A stretch of DNA of 64,000 bases from Trichoplax sp. H2 (Eukaryota). Below the pieces are notes generated by a model. It had not been told where the DNA came from and ran no database searches. It saw nothing but the letters and a program-made list of their open reading frames with translations. Numbering within the stretch: position 1 is the first letter of the stretch; every line of letters begins with the position of its first letter. Made by a program: the position numbers and the translations under genes. The stretch lies in the NCBI GenBank assembly GCA_003344405.1, contig NOWV01000012.1:744001-808000 (forward strand), given 5' to 3'. Below are positions 24,292-37,500 of this stretch, in pieces.

Positions 24292-27200
24292 TTACAATAT
24301 ATTACAACATTGGCTAACATGAGGATTAGACGTTGTCCTTGTACGTGGCAATGCAGAAAATAGCGCATCTTCAAAAATTGAAGATCCTATCGAAATATTG
24401 TCATATGGATGGAAACGAATATGATTTCCAGAATTACCACCATCATTAATATTGTGATGATTGGTATTATTATGATCAGTATTAGTGCTGGAATCATGAT
24501 TACTATTATTATTAGGATTAGGCGAAAGATTATTCGTGGAATCATTTTGATTATCTAGTGAATTGCCGGATGTTATTTGTTCATCGCTCAGTTTAACATA
24601 TTTATTGATTCGTTCAATAATCTCCGAAAATTTCTCGCGTGGCGATAGATTTCTACCTTTACCTCCATGACCACCACCTTGGCCGCTCATATCGATGTAA
24701 ATAAGTTGAGAAAAGCTAATAGCCATTGCACCTGGTGGTGGCCAATCGACCTTTTCCAACATGACAGGCACAATCGGCTTACCTAACATATCAGCTAAAA
24801 TAATCTCTTTACTACAACTACTGGAAGAGACATACTTGGAGGTTACACATGCAATTACTAATTGGGCCTCTTTGATACCGTCATAAATTTTTTGATATAG
24901 AATATCACCGCCACCCATTTGACCAATATCAATCCAACATTTATAGCCATACCTTCCTAATCGACTACATAAGGCTTTAGCTTCAGCTTGATGGTCCCAT
25001 TGATAGCTGATAAAAATTTCTGGTGAGGGTGTATCGGAGCGGACAATGTTGTTATTATTACTGTCTGAATTTTGAACGATACCTTATGATTGAAATTGAG
25101 CGTAAAAAATAATTGTAAGCTTATATAATGGTATTGATACACTCTTAATATTCCTTCCAAATCAGTTTCAATCATTTAGTTAACGATCACAATACAGCTA
25201 TCAAACAGAAGTCAATCTATACATTTATTTCGTGTTCGTTGTAATTGAAATAGAACATGAACTAAAATTCTAACATGACTGATTTCTTATTAGTATATAC
25301 TCTATTATAGCATACCTTTATTAATCTCAATTTCCTGCATTATGTGCATAACATCGTCGCGTTGTATTGACTGCAATATTTGATATAAATCATCGATGGT
25401 ATTACTTTTACTCCAATCATTCAATATTGCATGTGCAGGATCTGCTGTTAAACTCCAATTACATATATCGATCTCACTATAGCCCATTTTTCGAGCCAAT
25501 GTGCGCCAATTAGCTTTACCAGGTAAAGTTAATAAATCGGTAACTTCATGGGGCCATTCAAATTCTTGTTCATTCTATCAATTTATTAATACATATGTTA
25601 GCTACTAGTTCTAATATGGAAGTCTATGAATGATAGTTTAATTATTTTAGATTTTTTCCAACATATACGAACTACATCATTAATTGTATCTATATCAAGA
25701 CTTTAGTCACTATAAATAGGTATAAAATAAATACCTTGCTACTGGACTTAATTAAGGATCCTAAGCTTTTCTTGTCTAGATTAAACACGGTAATAAAAAA
25801 AGCAATAGAAATTTAGTTATTACAAAATAGTGCCGGTATATTAATGATTGTATATTGATTAGCACTTATGTACGTCGATATCTAAAGATTTTAACTCTCA
25901 GTGGTCAATATAGAACAACCTTTTTTAACTTCAGGACAAAACCACTTTTTATATGGTGCTGTACGAATTCTTCTATGATCACAGAGGACCAGCTAAAAAA
26001 ATGCAATTTTTATGACCGTTTGATGACATATGTATAAAGATCTCTTCAATATTATATAAAATTCTTATGAATATAATCAAAAAGATGACCGTAGGCACAG
26101 CGTATTGATTTATGGTTTAATTGATAATATTCCGAAGTAATAATCTCTTTTAAAGTGCAAAATAAAAATTTGTCATTAGTACTAAGCTAACCTTTGCAGA
26201 CTTGCAGAGTTCTAATTCATGAAAATGCAAACACTCTTCTCTTTGACAACCATTAATGTTATGTTTTTCACATAACTTGTTGCATGTACAGGCTACAACA
26301 ATTTGATAATTAAGGTGACGGATCCAGGCTTTACGCAAGTTAGCCAATGTCGCTTTAACAAACTGCAAAACCTGTAAATAAAGTATTTAAATAAGAACTG
26401 TATATATTTCGGTGTTAATACTATTTACAGAGACTAATATATTTGCCAATCTTTTAATGAAATCATACCTTTGTACATGCTTGTCTATTTACTTCAATAA
26501 CAACTCCTTCTTCCTCATCATCGAAGTTTGCTCGTTGGACAACAACCTATTAGTAAGGGTGTCATACAGGGTATCATTTATAGGTTAGGATTTACTTCTT
26601 ATTTATAGTGAGCCAGACTGTAACAACAAAAGCATCTATTGTAGCCATTAACTGGTACATTACAACACTATTAACCTTTATTCGTGCAAATCGCATAGGT
26701 GCTCGATGTAGTATAAAATCATGATCTTCATCTAAATAAAATCGAGCACAGTTATTATATAAATAAGGCTCTCGACCACCACATTCTTGTGTCCATCTAA
26801 CGACATGCATTAATAAGCGATTATAAAATCCATCTGGCAGAAATCCGTCAAAGTCAACATAGAACGATATATCCCAGTTATTATGAATGTAGATATCTTC
26901 AATCCTCTTGGGATTTTGCAACCGTGATGGTAAATAATACGTATTTCCACATTCCGCATAATCAGTACAATCAGATGATCCCTATAAAATAAGAATAAAT
27001 TTAAAAATAAGATAGTAAATAAAAGATGACTGACATCTAGGTAGAAATTGATAAAACAGCTAAAGAAAGATAGTTATTTATTTTCTTAGGTGCTATAGTG
27101 AATTTGTTGGACCTTTCGGGGAATTAATCGACGACATAGCAGATCAAACGATTCCATTAAATTTAGTAACATTGATTTATGATCGATGATATCACCCCAC

Positions 27201-30200
27201 ATATAATTGATTAAATCGTCAGTCAATATTCCTCGTTTATTAAGTAATTCTAATGTATTCGATTTCATGGAAAACTGAAATAAGATAAGAACAAATTTCA
27301 AAATAGATATTTATAAGCTTTAAAGTTTCATCATTACTAAACAATTGAATTTATGTTCGTTAACTAATAGTCAAAAATATGATTACATTTTATCCGTAAT
27401 TATACCAATCATGTACTAACGTTATTGCCTATGTTTTTCAAAGTTAAAATTTTAACAAAAGAATCAGCCAACCATAACGGATCAAGAATAACAGTAATAT
27501 TGTTGGATGTATTCCCAACTGAATCTTGATAGTGTACAATATTGCCAAGATCGTGATAGTATTGTAACATGACTTTAATAGCAGATCGATCGATAATATG
27601 CGATTCCGATGCAATTAACTGATAAACCTAATAATACATAATAATTTTTAGTATGAAAAAGATTAGTGCGCAAAGATAATATCATCCGTATCACAAAATG
27701 AATAATGTTATTGTAGTAATGAAAATATGATATAGATATGGTACAGTATTTGTCAATGCAAGAGTAAAAAAATGTGACAGCACTGGTAAATCGGGTTACA
27801 GTACAATATTATTTATGTATCTATTGAATTTAAAAACTATTCAAATGGCTATTTATATAACCTTAAAATAATTATTATCAATCGATAATTATTGTTTGAT
27901 TGTTATATTTCTTTTACGCAATTAAAACTATGTTCAGTCTAGTCTTATTAGTTAATCAATACTAAATTTAATTATACTTATTAAACGCTCACTGAACTGA
28001 CATAAATATTCTTATTCCAAGAAATACTACCTTATCGTCTAGACAATAAACCTATTTACTTATTTATTTATTAATTTGTCCGCAGAAACGGTGTCAATAA
28101 CCATACACAATTCAGCTATAAGTCGATTTTAATCATGAGCTTAATTGCTTTAGCACTGACCTCATCGGATGATATTAAATGCTTTCCTTCTTTCGTCATT
28201 TGTCGAGATAGGCATTCAAATTTTAGCCACTGGATCGGTATCTTTTCACTGATAAAAGGTTGTGATTCTACAGCATTGTCGATGCTTTGAATAAGTTTGG
28301 CCAACTACATAATATCATAAAAAAGAAATCTTATTTAAATTCTTTCCATGACATTAAATCCACTGTTCTCATCAAAAAATAAAATAAATCTATTAAATTG
28401 CGAACATTTTTTTACTTACCTCCTCGTCTTGATCATCATCTAATTGATCATCAATTGCAAAAAATATTGGGGCCATATGCCTAGCGTAAGGTTTACCCCG
28501 TAGGTTTTCCTGTATCCTATCAAATCTATAGTTTATTAATTTGTTACGTTCCTAATAGGAAACAAAGAATTGTCGTTAGAAAGAGCTTATATTCTATCAT
28601 ATCTCAATGGCCTTTACATTAATAATAATACAATCAAAAGTTTTAAATATGCTCTTAATTTTTATTGTTGGAGGTTAGCTATTATTTACCCGAATATAAA
28701 CAAAATAATATTACATACATTTTTCGACTTACTGTGATATTACTACCAAGTTTATTCTTATTAATGCCAATGATAAATACGGTAGGTGTTAGAAGAGTAG
28801 CTTTACGACTGGGGTTTTGACCAACAGCGCAAGAGTAAATGGAGCTCATCCAGTATAAAATAAAATCCAGTACACATAATTCATTTCCCTCCTATCAAAA
28901 AATTTATAATTTGAGTTAAACTTCATATGCATTCACTTAAAGTTTTTTGTGTCAGGGACTACTTCTTTTAGTAGTCCCTGTTAGTATGGATATATAATTA
29001 AATAAAAAATAAATTAAAAGTAAATTGTTCACTACGAATGTCGATTCTAATTAGTACAATTGTAAAACGACTAAAGTTTAATTTTAGACACTATACCGAT
29101 TCTTCAATATCTTCGGTTAAATCGAAAGCGATGATATAGATTGATTTATTGTTGCAAAACATCTACATTATCCAGATAATAATAAAATGGAAATTAATAG
29201 CTAATAAGGGGAAATTTCTGATTTAGAGTGAACGATTAAATATAGGAAGTGCAACGATGGTTTCAAAAGTTTGGCGATCGCAATTAACTTACACGATAAG
29301 ATAAATTGTGTATAGGTTGTCCACTTAAATCCCAGACATCATGAGTTTTTAAGACCTCCTCATTGGGCTTAACTTCGATATTATTTTTTTCATGATTATC
29401 AATATCACAATTTTCAATCATTTTGCATACAATTTGTTTCATTGTAGGGGCTAAGCTATTTAATATTGCTTCATGCTGTTGACTAGCTTGCAGGGTCGAA
29501 TCGGAAGTTTGTAATTCCTTCGACAAATGCCAGCTAGGAGAATAACTTGGTTCATCTTCAATATCACAAATATCATGATCGTCAATATAACGATCTTCGT
29601 CATTGACATTCATATTAGATTCATCAATATCTTGATTATCGATTATACTTTCTAATTTGGTAACAATGCTTTTAGCTAATGCTTGATCTAGTTGTTCTTG
29701 AATTTTTTCCATTTCATCTATTTTAATTGACAATAAAATCATAATTGAGAATGTACTATAGATGAATTTCGCTATACCGCATATTTAAACAACGAAAGGG
29801 GCAAGACTTCTGAGTGTCAATACTGCATCATCATTTTAGGTATTGATTATAGCTATTTTACATCTTTATTTATAACAGCATGATAGGTTACCTTCTATGG
29901 TGGAAAACGAATATTTCTTATCCAAAGCATCTTTTCCGCCTTCTTCTACTAAAGGACTTAAATTACCTTGACCTAAAGTATCAAAATTGTTCATTGCGAA
30001 AATTTTAAAAACAAACGAATTAATTACAATAAATATTTAGTAGATTTAACAGTTCCATGTACTTTATAACTTTTAAGCTACTTGTACAGAGAAATAACGT
30101 AGTTATAAATATGATGTAGATATGTATTACCTTTCAGGATTTTACTAATTGTTTGTCGGGGAAGCTGATCTTTACTTAAGATTACAAAGCGAATTCGACG

Positions 30201-33200
30201 AACATTTCGACAATCAAACTGTGAAGCTTTATTATATGCTGCAATAGCATCTTCACCATGTGCTAAAATTTCCGGTGGAACTTATGGTTTGACAGAAGAG
30301 CGAGAATGATATAAATCAGAAAATTGGATAATATAGATTTTGATCAATGTCTATGTAGCTCTATAGCAGGGAATATTTCAAGAAAAAGCTTGCATTTCTT
30401 GAGTAGTCCCTGTTTAAAGTACTGTCAAGCAAATAAAACTTTAGTCTATTCGAACAGTACCAAATACGATATTAAAGAAAGTAATGAACATTTATGGTAA
30501 ATTTCTATCCGTGCACGTTTGATAGGGAATAAAAGATCTTTAAATAATAACGCAGATGTTTATTGTAATAAAAAAGATACTACCGGTAATTGTTGCAAAG
30601 ACATCATTCGCTAGGCGTTTCTTTATTTCATTTACATTTAATCTAATAATTTACATTATAGTTTCAACCTATATCTAAGGAAAACCTCTATTACGATCGT
30701 TAACCATATCTCTGGTTTGGATTAACTTACTATTTTCATTCCCTTCCGGCACGATGGTAGCACAATCACAGTTACCATACAAATTAATAATGCCGTAGAC
30801 GTTATTAGTAACATCCGTAGCTATCGCACCTAGAAAGACAAAATAAGCAGTATCGTTGGAAAATGCATTAAAAGTGTAAAGTAGTTCATAGTTATATTTA
30901 ATTAATTTGTCAACTCGGATTTTTCAGCGGCACCATAGTTAATCAAGTACATAAATTATTTCTCTGTCCTAACTGTTACTCTAATTAATAATTATCAATC
31001 GGTATTTTGCTTTAGATAGATACAATCTCCAGTATAAGTACGCCATATTTAATTTGAGTTATACCTATACTATAACAAATTAGTAAGGTATGATGTTTCA
31101 TAGCAACAGCTACTTAACTCATCAATCAATATTTACTTCCGATAAGCAATATTATTAGGTCAAGTTAATAAGCTTCGCGTGAATATTATCATGTGCAACT
31201 ACTACATATTGAATTGTAATAATTGCCAAATGTTGTACGAGAATTTTCGATTTGATTTAGTAATAGAGTGTTAACGTGTTTACTATTCGCTTTGTAAATT
31301 ATACTTTTATAACGATTCCTCATTAAAAATTTCTAATTTACAAAAACTTTATGATAAATGTAATCATAAAGTTACGTTCTGAAATATATCTCAAATGCCA
31401 CATGAGCGTAAAATAATTTATGCCATCTCAGTCCCCACTACCGTAAGTTATGCTTTAACGTACGATAAATATAGATTATTTCATAAATGTGAGAAATTAA
31501 CCTAAGTCATTGCCATTAATGTACGCATGAACATGACCATTTGTCTTTCGACTAATACCAAAATAATCGCCCATCTTCAAAGAATGCAATCCTTGATGAT
31601 GGCAGTAATTTTGACATTGACCATGGACATAAAGATTTTTATCGCTGAGAATCCAATTTGGAGATTGTTGTATTCCTACTAAAGAGCGGGGGAATTGTAA
31701 ACTGGTTGGTGATGCAGTTGTTAAACCAATTTGTAAGTTCCCATTCCACCTTGTCATAACATTGTCAATTCTTAACTGAAATAACTCATTATCTTGTAAA
31801 GGACGATTTGTCATAAAAGTAGCAGCATCGAATTGACTGACTGGATTTTTACGGCTAGCAATCGTAAAATCGGACGATAACATGCCATTTAATCCATGTC
31901 TAGAGTAAAAAAGTAAAGGAGTTCGGGGATTCGAAGCTGAAAGTAAAAATAAAGGCACATAGATATTAAGAGAAAGGCGATAATCAGTCAATATTAATCT
32001 CTTTTTTAGCTTCATTGATATTTACCATTTCACAATATTGCTATTACTATAGATTCCTTTTACATTTAAAGTTTACGGAGAAGTTGTAGCAATCAAGTAT
32101 TAGAATATTCTAACGTATAAAATTTATTAGAAGAAAGATTTACCTGCAGGCTGTTCTCCAAGATAGTCTATCCTTACTTTACAATCGCCAATAATTGTTG
32201 ATATCATAGGATAAAGAATTTTTCCTTGTAGTCCGTGAAAGGCAATCCCTAGGTTAACACCATTAACTTCGTAAGATAAAGTTCCTCTATCCATATCTAA
32301 GATAACGCAAAATTTCTTAAATCTAGATAATTCTTGATTTAATATGTTACTGCCATCTTCGCCATCTTGATTCTGGTTATGCAAATGATTAAGCATCGGG
32401 TAATGGCCTTGTTCAATATTTGCATGTATTAATACTCTTTTGCTGATATTCCATCCCCAACTATTAGTACTACAACCAACTAGGCTGGTATAGCCTGTAC
32501 AATGCAGACACTCTTTCTTGTTACCAACACCGGCAACGGAATGAGATCCTAAAAATATAGGTATAAAATCATACATAGGATCAATTAAAAAATCATCCCA
32601 ATAATTAAGTGCAATTTCTGTTTGAAACTGAATTACTTGATTAGTTAATAAATTAAAACTTTAACTATATTACTTTAGCATTTCCTTAAGCAATATTAAT
32701 CATGATCAATCTATGGTCGTTATATCAAAATGATTCAATATATCTTAGAACTACTCTATACCAGAGCCGATAGTAAATAGGCCACTCTTGATTCAAAATT
32801 GATCAACAAAATAGATTCACAGTAACATGAACTAGCTACATTATTGAAAGACAAGGACTGAAGTAAAAATTTATATGTATGGTATGTTTTATAAAGAGAA
32901 AAGATTACATGATAAATAGTGATACTATGTTTATTTGATATCATCAAATAGAGATTTGCGACCATTTCTCAAGAATAATTCATCAATTCCACTATGTTCA
33001 TTACATGTTTAATATATGGTATTAAAATGACTAGACTTTAGAAGACTCGGTTTACGTATGTGCATGCTGATCATTGATTAATAAATGACTGAAACAGATT
33101 TGAAAATCGAAGCCTTAAATTACAGCAATCATAAAATGTAATTTATCATCGCCATTAGCAGAAAGAAACGAAGTACAAAATGACAGTAGTGTTAACATAA

Positions 33201-34592
33201 CAAATGGATTTACCATAGCAAAATACACATTACTCGTATAATGATGCATGCAATGGTTAATAATTTACGAAAGATAACGTATGTAAATTAACGTTTTCGT
33301 ATATGGAGTATGACTGATTCATAATTATTATCACAACAGACTTAATCTATTGATTGTGATATCGGGTATGCTATATGTATTGCCTAGAAAGATTGAAACT
33401 AACTACTATGATTCGTTAATTCAAATTAGTAGCAGTAATTTACAGTGATACTATCACTCCAACACGTTTTCGGGATAGGGATAATTACGTTCAAAACTGA
33501 ACTTGATAATAAAGCTATTCAGGATCAAATAGAGGACGCAGATGACATAAAATCTATTTTTAAGATAGAACTCAGCAAGAAATTAACGGAAAAGATACTA
33601 ACCTAAATCTCCTTGCCATGTTAATTGCCAAACATGTCTACCATTCTCTATGCTTCGATTACATCGAATAGCATCAGTTGATTGGACTGCTTTCTGCCTC
33701 TGACAAGCATGAAGATCATCGTCCAGAACATGAATATTAACTGAACAATCATCTGGATTCCATGTATATAGATTGGCCATTTCTTGACCTGGCCGACGGT
33801 TGCCTGATGATCAATAAATAGAGTAAATTATGAGGATAGAATATCTTCATGAATTAATGTCCTTACTAAACGACATACTATATGAATTACTATTAGCTTA
33901 ATCAAAGCTATCCTGAAATAACAGGATAGTTCATAATGCTTTAGGATTACTTTGTTAAATACTTATTTAAGGTTACCAAGAATGACAGTAAACTTACCAA
34001 GATAAATGATTGAAACTTCTGCATTGCCATAGACTTCGCTAACCATTGGATAAAGAGATTTTCCAACTAGCCCAGTACAACAGATACCAAGATATTTACC
34101 CTCAGCTTCAAATGCTAATGTTCCATTTTCCATATCCAGATAGACTATAACTTCACTCGGTGCTTGGTAATCAAGAGCCATAGACGGATAGCAAGTTAAT
34201 GATTTCTTTCCTGCACTATAGCTAATCTTGTTAGTAATATCCCAGCCCCAAGCGTTAGGGTCTTGCTCAATTAATGTTGTGTAACCTTTACAATGTAGTA
34301 TGGCTTCTTTTGAGCCAACACCTGCTACTGCATGGCTACCTCGTGGAGTTAACCATTTTAATTTCCAAGCATGATGGCCATGAGTATAGCCATATCTACC
34401 TCTAATAGCATCGGTTGATCGACGAGCTGGCCTTCGATAAAAGGTTAATGGGTCATCGTCTTTAATGTAAATATTTTTGGAATGATCTGCGGGATGCCAA
34501 GAATGAATAATTTCCTGATTGAGTTCATTTTTACAAATCGAGTCGTGTTTATCACCATGGCGGACGACATGATCACGACTAGTTGTTACCAT
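24292..34592 (-). CDS. Multidomain Roco-like protein: SPRY-SPRY-NHR(Neuralized)-degenerate Roc-COR-Death-TIR, Asn-rich tail, CaaX; over 20 exons, roughly 1700 aa by rough exon sum
   Basis: SPSB-type SPRY x2 (HSWHPADHSKNIYIKDDDPLTFYRRP..STDAIRG; TWNPDDCSVNI..STDAIRC); NHR (FMTNRPLQDNELFQLRID..WNGNLQIGLT..VYGIINLYGNC); Roc lead-in VPPEILAHGEDAIAAY, WDLSGQ, SIYIIAFDL, LDFILYWMSSI; COR (IPIQWLKFE, MLQYYHDLG, VILDPLWL, YYLPSRL, FDGFLPDGFYNRLL); Death (NWRTLARKMG..AILNDW..LQSIQRDDV); TIR (IFISYQWD..CWIDIGQMGGGD..CSKEI). Splice phases were checked by eye from SPRY into early COR and for Death-TIR. Confidence 0.85.
28953..28980. repeat. Intronic 28-bp foldback CAGGGACTACT-N6-AGTAGTCCCTG
   Basis: Perfect 11-bp inverted arms; shares its termini with 30367-30412. 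Confidence 0.7.
30367..30412. repeat. Intronic 46-bp foldback CAGGGAATATTTCAAGAAA...TTTCTTGAGTAGTCCCTG
   Basis: Imperfect ~18-bp inverted arms; the right end AGTAGTCCCTG is identical to that of 28953-28980. Confidence 0.65.
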
Positions 34593-37500
34593 CTTTCTTT
34601 TTTCTCCTTGGAATAATATAAAAGTAATCTTTACTTTAAGTTGGCTTAATAACAGTTGGGTAGCTAGAGCTAAATTTTAATGAAGGAAAAAGTAACGAAT
34701 AAATTTATAGCTATAATATATGCCAACATTACGGGAAGAAAAGTTATAACTTCGATAATGACACATATAGGTGTACAGCAGTAGTCCGGAGTCATAAAAT
34801 TAAAGAAAATTTGCTAAAGAAAGGGTGAGGTAATAACTGCCATTTTCACCTTCCTTTTAGTAAATCATTATCTTATAAATGCCCAATTTTCGGCTACTGT
34901 ACGTTAAATGTCACTTTAATAGACTTTAATAAAAATGAAGGATAAACTCATTAAGTGATCTAATAAATATTATTAAAATAAACCAATTATAGAAATGAAA
35001 GAAAAGCTTCTAAACAGTCTTATGAAAACAATTTTATAAGGAGAATTTTAATAAATAATTAAAAATGGAAAATAAGACCTGAAATTAATTTAAATTTTTC
35101 CTGCTTATTGGATTATAAACATGGTTGAATAATATTCCCGTACTACTTATTTTTCAATATGCATATTAAAATTCATATTAACAAACGATAACAAAACTTA
35201 TCGATCATGAATATAAAGTACGTATATAAATCTTGGGATATTTTCGAAGGATATTAGGGAGAATTTAAAGAGGGATCAATAACGAGATTTTTCTCACATA
35301 CGTATAGTATAGTGCACGGTACAATTGTCTATTGTATCTCTATCCATAAAAATGTCAACTATATTATTGTATATGGTCTTTAGATTCTTTACTGAAGTTA
35401 AATTCAATGATTCATAGCACAGGATTTAACTATGTTAAGGCAAATGAAAGATTCTTCGGTATAAAATAAAAATGTTCAATTCTCGAGTACCGGTAGCTTA
35501 AATCTTCAATCGGTTTTATGCCTCTATTATTAGAGTCATAATTTCTTTAGATTATTCTTACTGTGAGTATAGGAAATTACTTAAATTAATTGAATAATTT
35601 CAACTAGAAAAAGCTTTTCTTTTTTTTCTCGATCTAAACTTTAGATAGATCTATGCAAAAATTTCTACTGCGTTGCTACTAACTGCTACGGGATAAGCTT
35701 TATATGATCTTTAATAGAATTTCATCGCTTCCTTAAAAGATGCCTATTTCGTTTATCTTCAATACATATTTGCTTCATACCACCTTCATATATAGAATAC
35801 TTTTGATTATAAATAAATGATTAGTAATTTTACCGTCAATTCTCGACAAACTTTACGGGTAATTTATCAAAGATTTACTGCAGGACAGTCTTTAGTGTTG
35901 TGGGGGTACCTCGTATTACACCCGTAGTATAGTAATAGTGTTGTAGTTTAGATTAATGAATCGCCAATGGGGTAAATTAGTAGTAGTATTATTTATGTGT
36001 TGGCAGTACAAAATTTTTAGTACAACGATACAAAGGTACTTTATCATGGCATGAAGATTTAGGTTAATAATTATTCACAGAGGCATTCAGATTTAATGCT
36101 ATTAAACTGTTATCTTCAATTTATAGCATAAGAATTTTAAGGAAGAATAGACATAACGCAATCGATGTAACTCATACATCAAAATTGCAAATAAACCTAG
36201 AATCTGATGTGTGTCTGAACTTAATCACTATCCTTAAGTAAATCACTTAGCGACGTTCATATCCAGTGTAACTTTAAGACAGAAATTGACATTAAAACTA
36301 AAGGGCTATATTCAAATTCATAGTATGGTAAAATGTCAATCAAAGAAGTCAAATTTTTCGTTAAAATAGATAACTTGTTTAGAAAGAAAAGGCTACATAC
36401 GTTACGCGATCAACTTAACAGCAAATTTAAAGAAATAATTATTACACGTAGCATTACCGGGTTAGTAGTTTTGCATGTTGAAAAGTCAAATTATCAAGGA
36501 AGAAATTGAAAACACATTTGATACTTATGGCATCAAATATTGCCTAATACTGTAGCTTAATCATTGATATCGCCTACGTATAGAAGAAAATTGAGATCCA
36601 GAGTTTAGAAAAATTAAGCAGGTACTTCTAATTTTAATATTATGAAGTATATCACGTATATTAGAACATTATATTCAGGAGTAGGAGAGGATTATGACTT
36701 TTCTAGATGAAGACTGATCCATCGCTACTTTTACGGCAATCATTTAAAAAAGGCTGTTACAATCTATATTTACTATATAGCACTAAATATATGACCGGTA
36801 CCTTAACATAAAATTCATAAGATAAGCTAGACAATCATATAAGAATGAAATAGATTCATTATCTTTTTTACCCCTAGAATAACTTCTGAAATAGATACTA
36901 TGTCATAATTTTATTGCTCCACGTACATCTAAGGCTAATAACTTGCCCTAAAATTATAGGTAATAAAGGCAAGCTGTGACTTCCCCAATGGAATGATGTG
37001 CTGCTACATACTTATGACTACGCTCATGTGCTATGATATTTTTATTTGGCTGTCTCTGTATTAGATATTCTTCAATTTAACTTGTGAAGAGTTACTTGAA
37101 TTATAATGATGCTACAAATATTATTGGAGTCTACGTACAAAGTTAGAAATGGAGAGTGTTATGAAAATAAATTTTATGACCTTTCAGCAATTTCAGTATA
37201 AATAGAACTAGAAAAGGAGTTATTATAAATACCCTTTAAAATAGTGTGATAAGCTGCTTAAATTTATCGACAAATAAACCTAAAGTCAGATTTTTATTAA
37301 TAATGTTAATAAAAAAAATTTTACAAACGATATAACAACCAAAACTTTTGCAGTTAGTGTTATAATTTCGACAAAACCTTTATGACTCTAGTAAGAGAAG
37401 TAGTAGTATTTAATTAATAGAAGCTCCGCTGTACAGTATATTTCACGTCCTACACATATACGTGTATCATACTTATTATGGATAACTTTTGCAAGTATGT

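Noticed and set aside
31497-34592. Stand-alone SPSB/Gustavus or Neuralized gene
   Set aside because: No SOCS box or RING follows, and the exons splice in phase into the Roc region.
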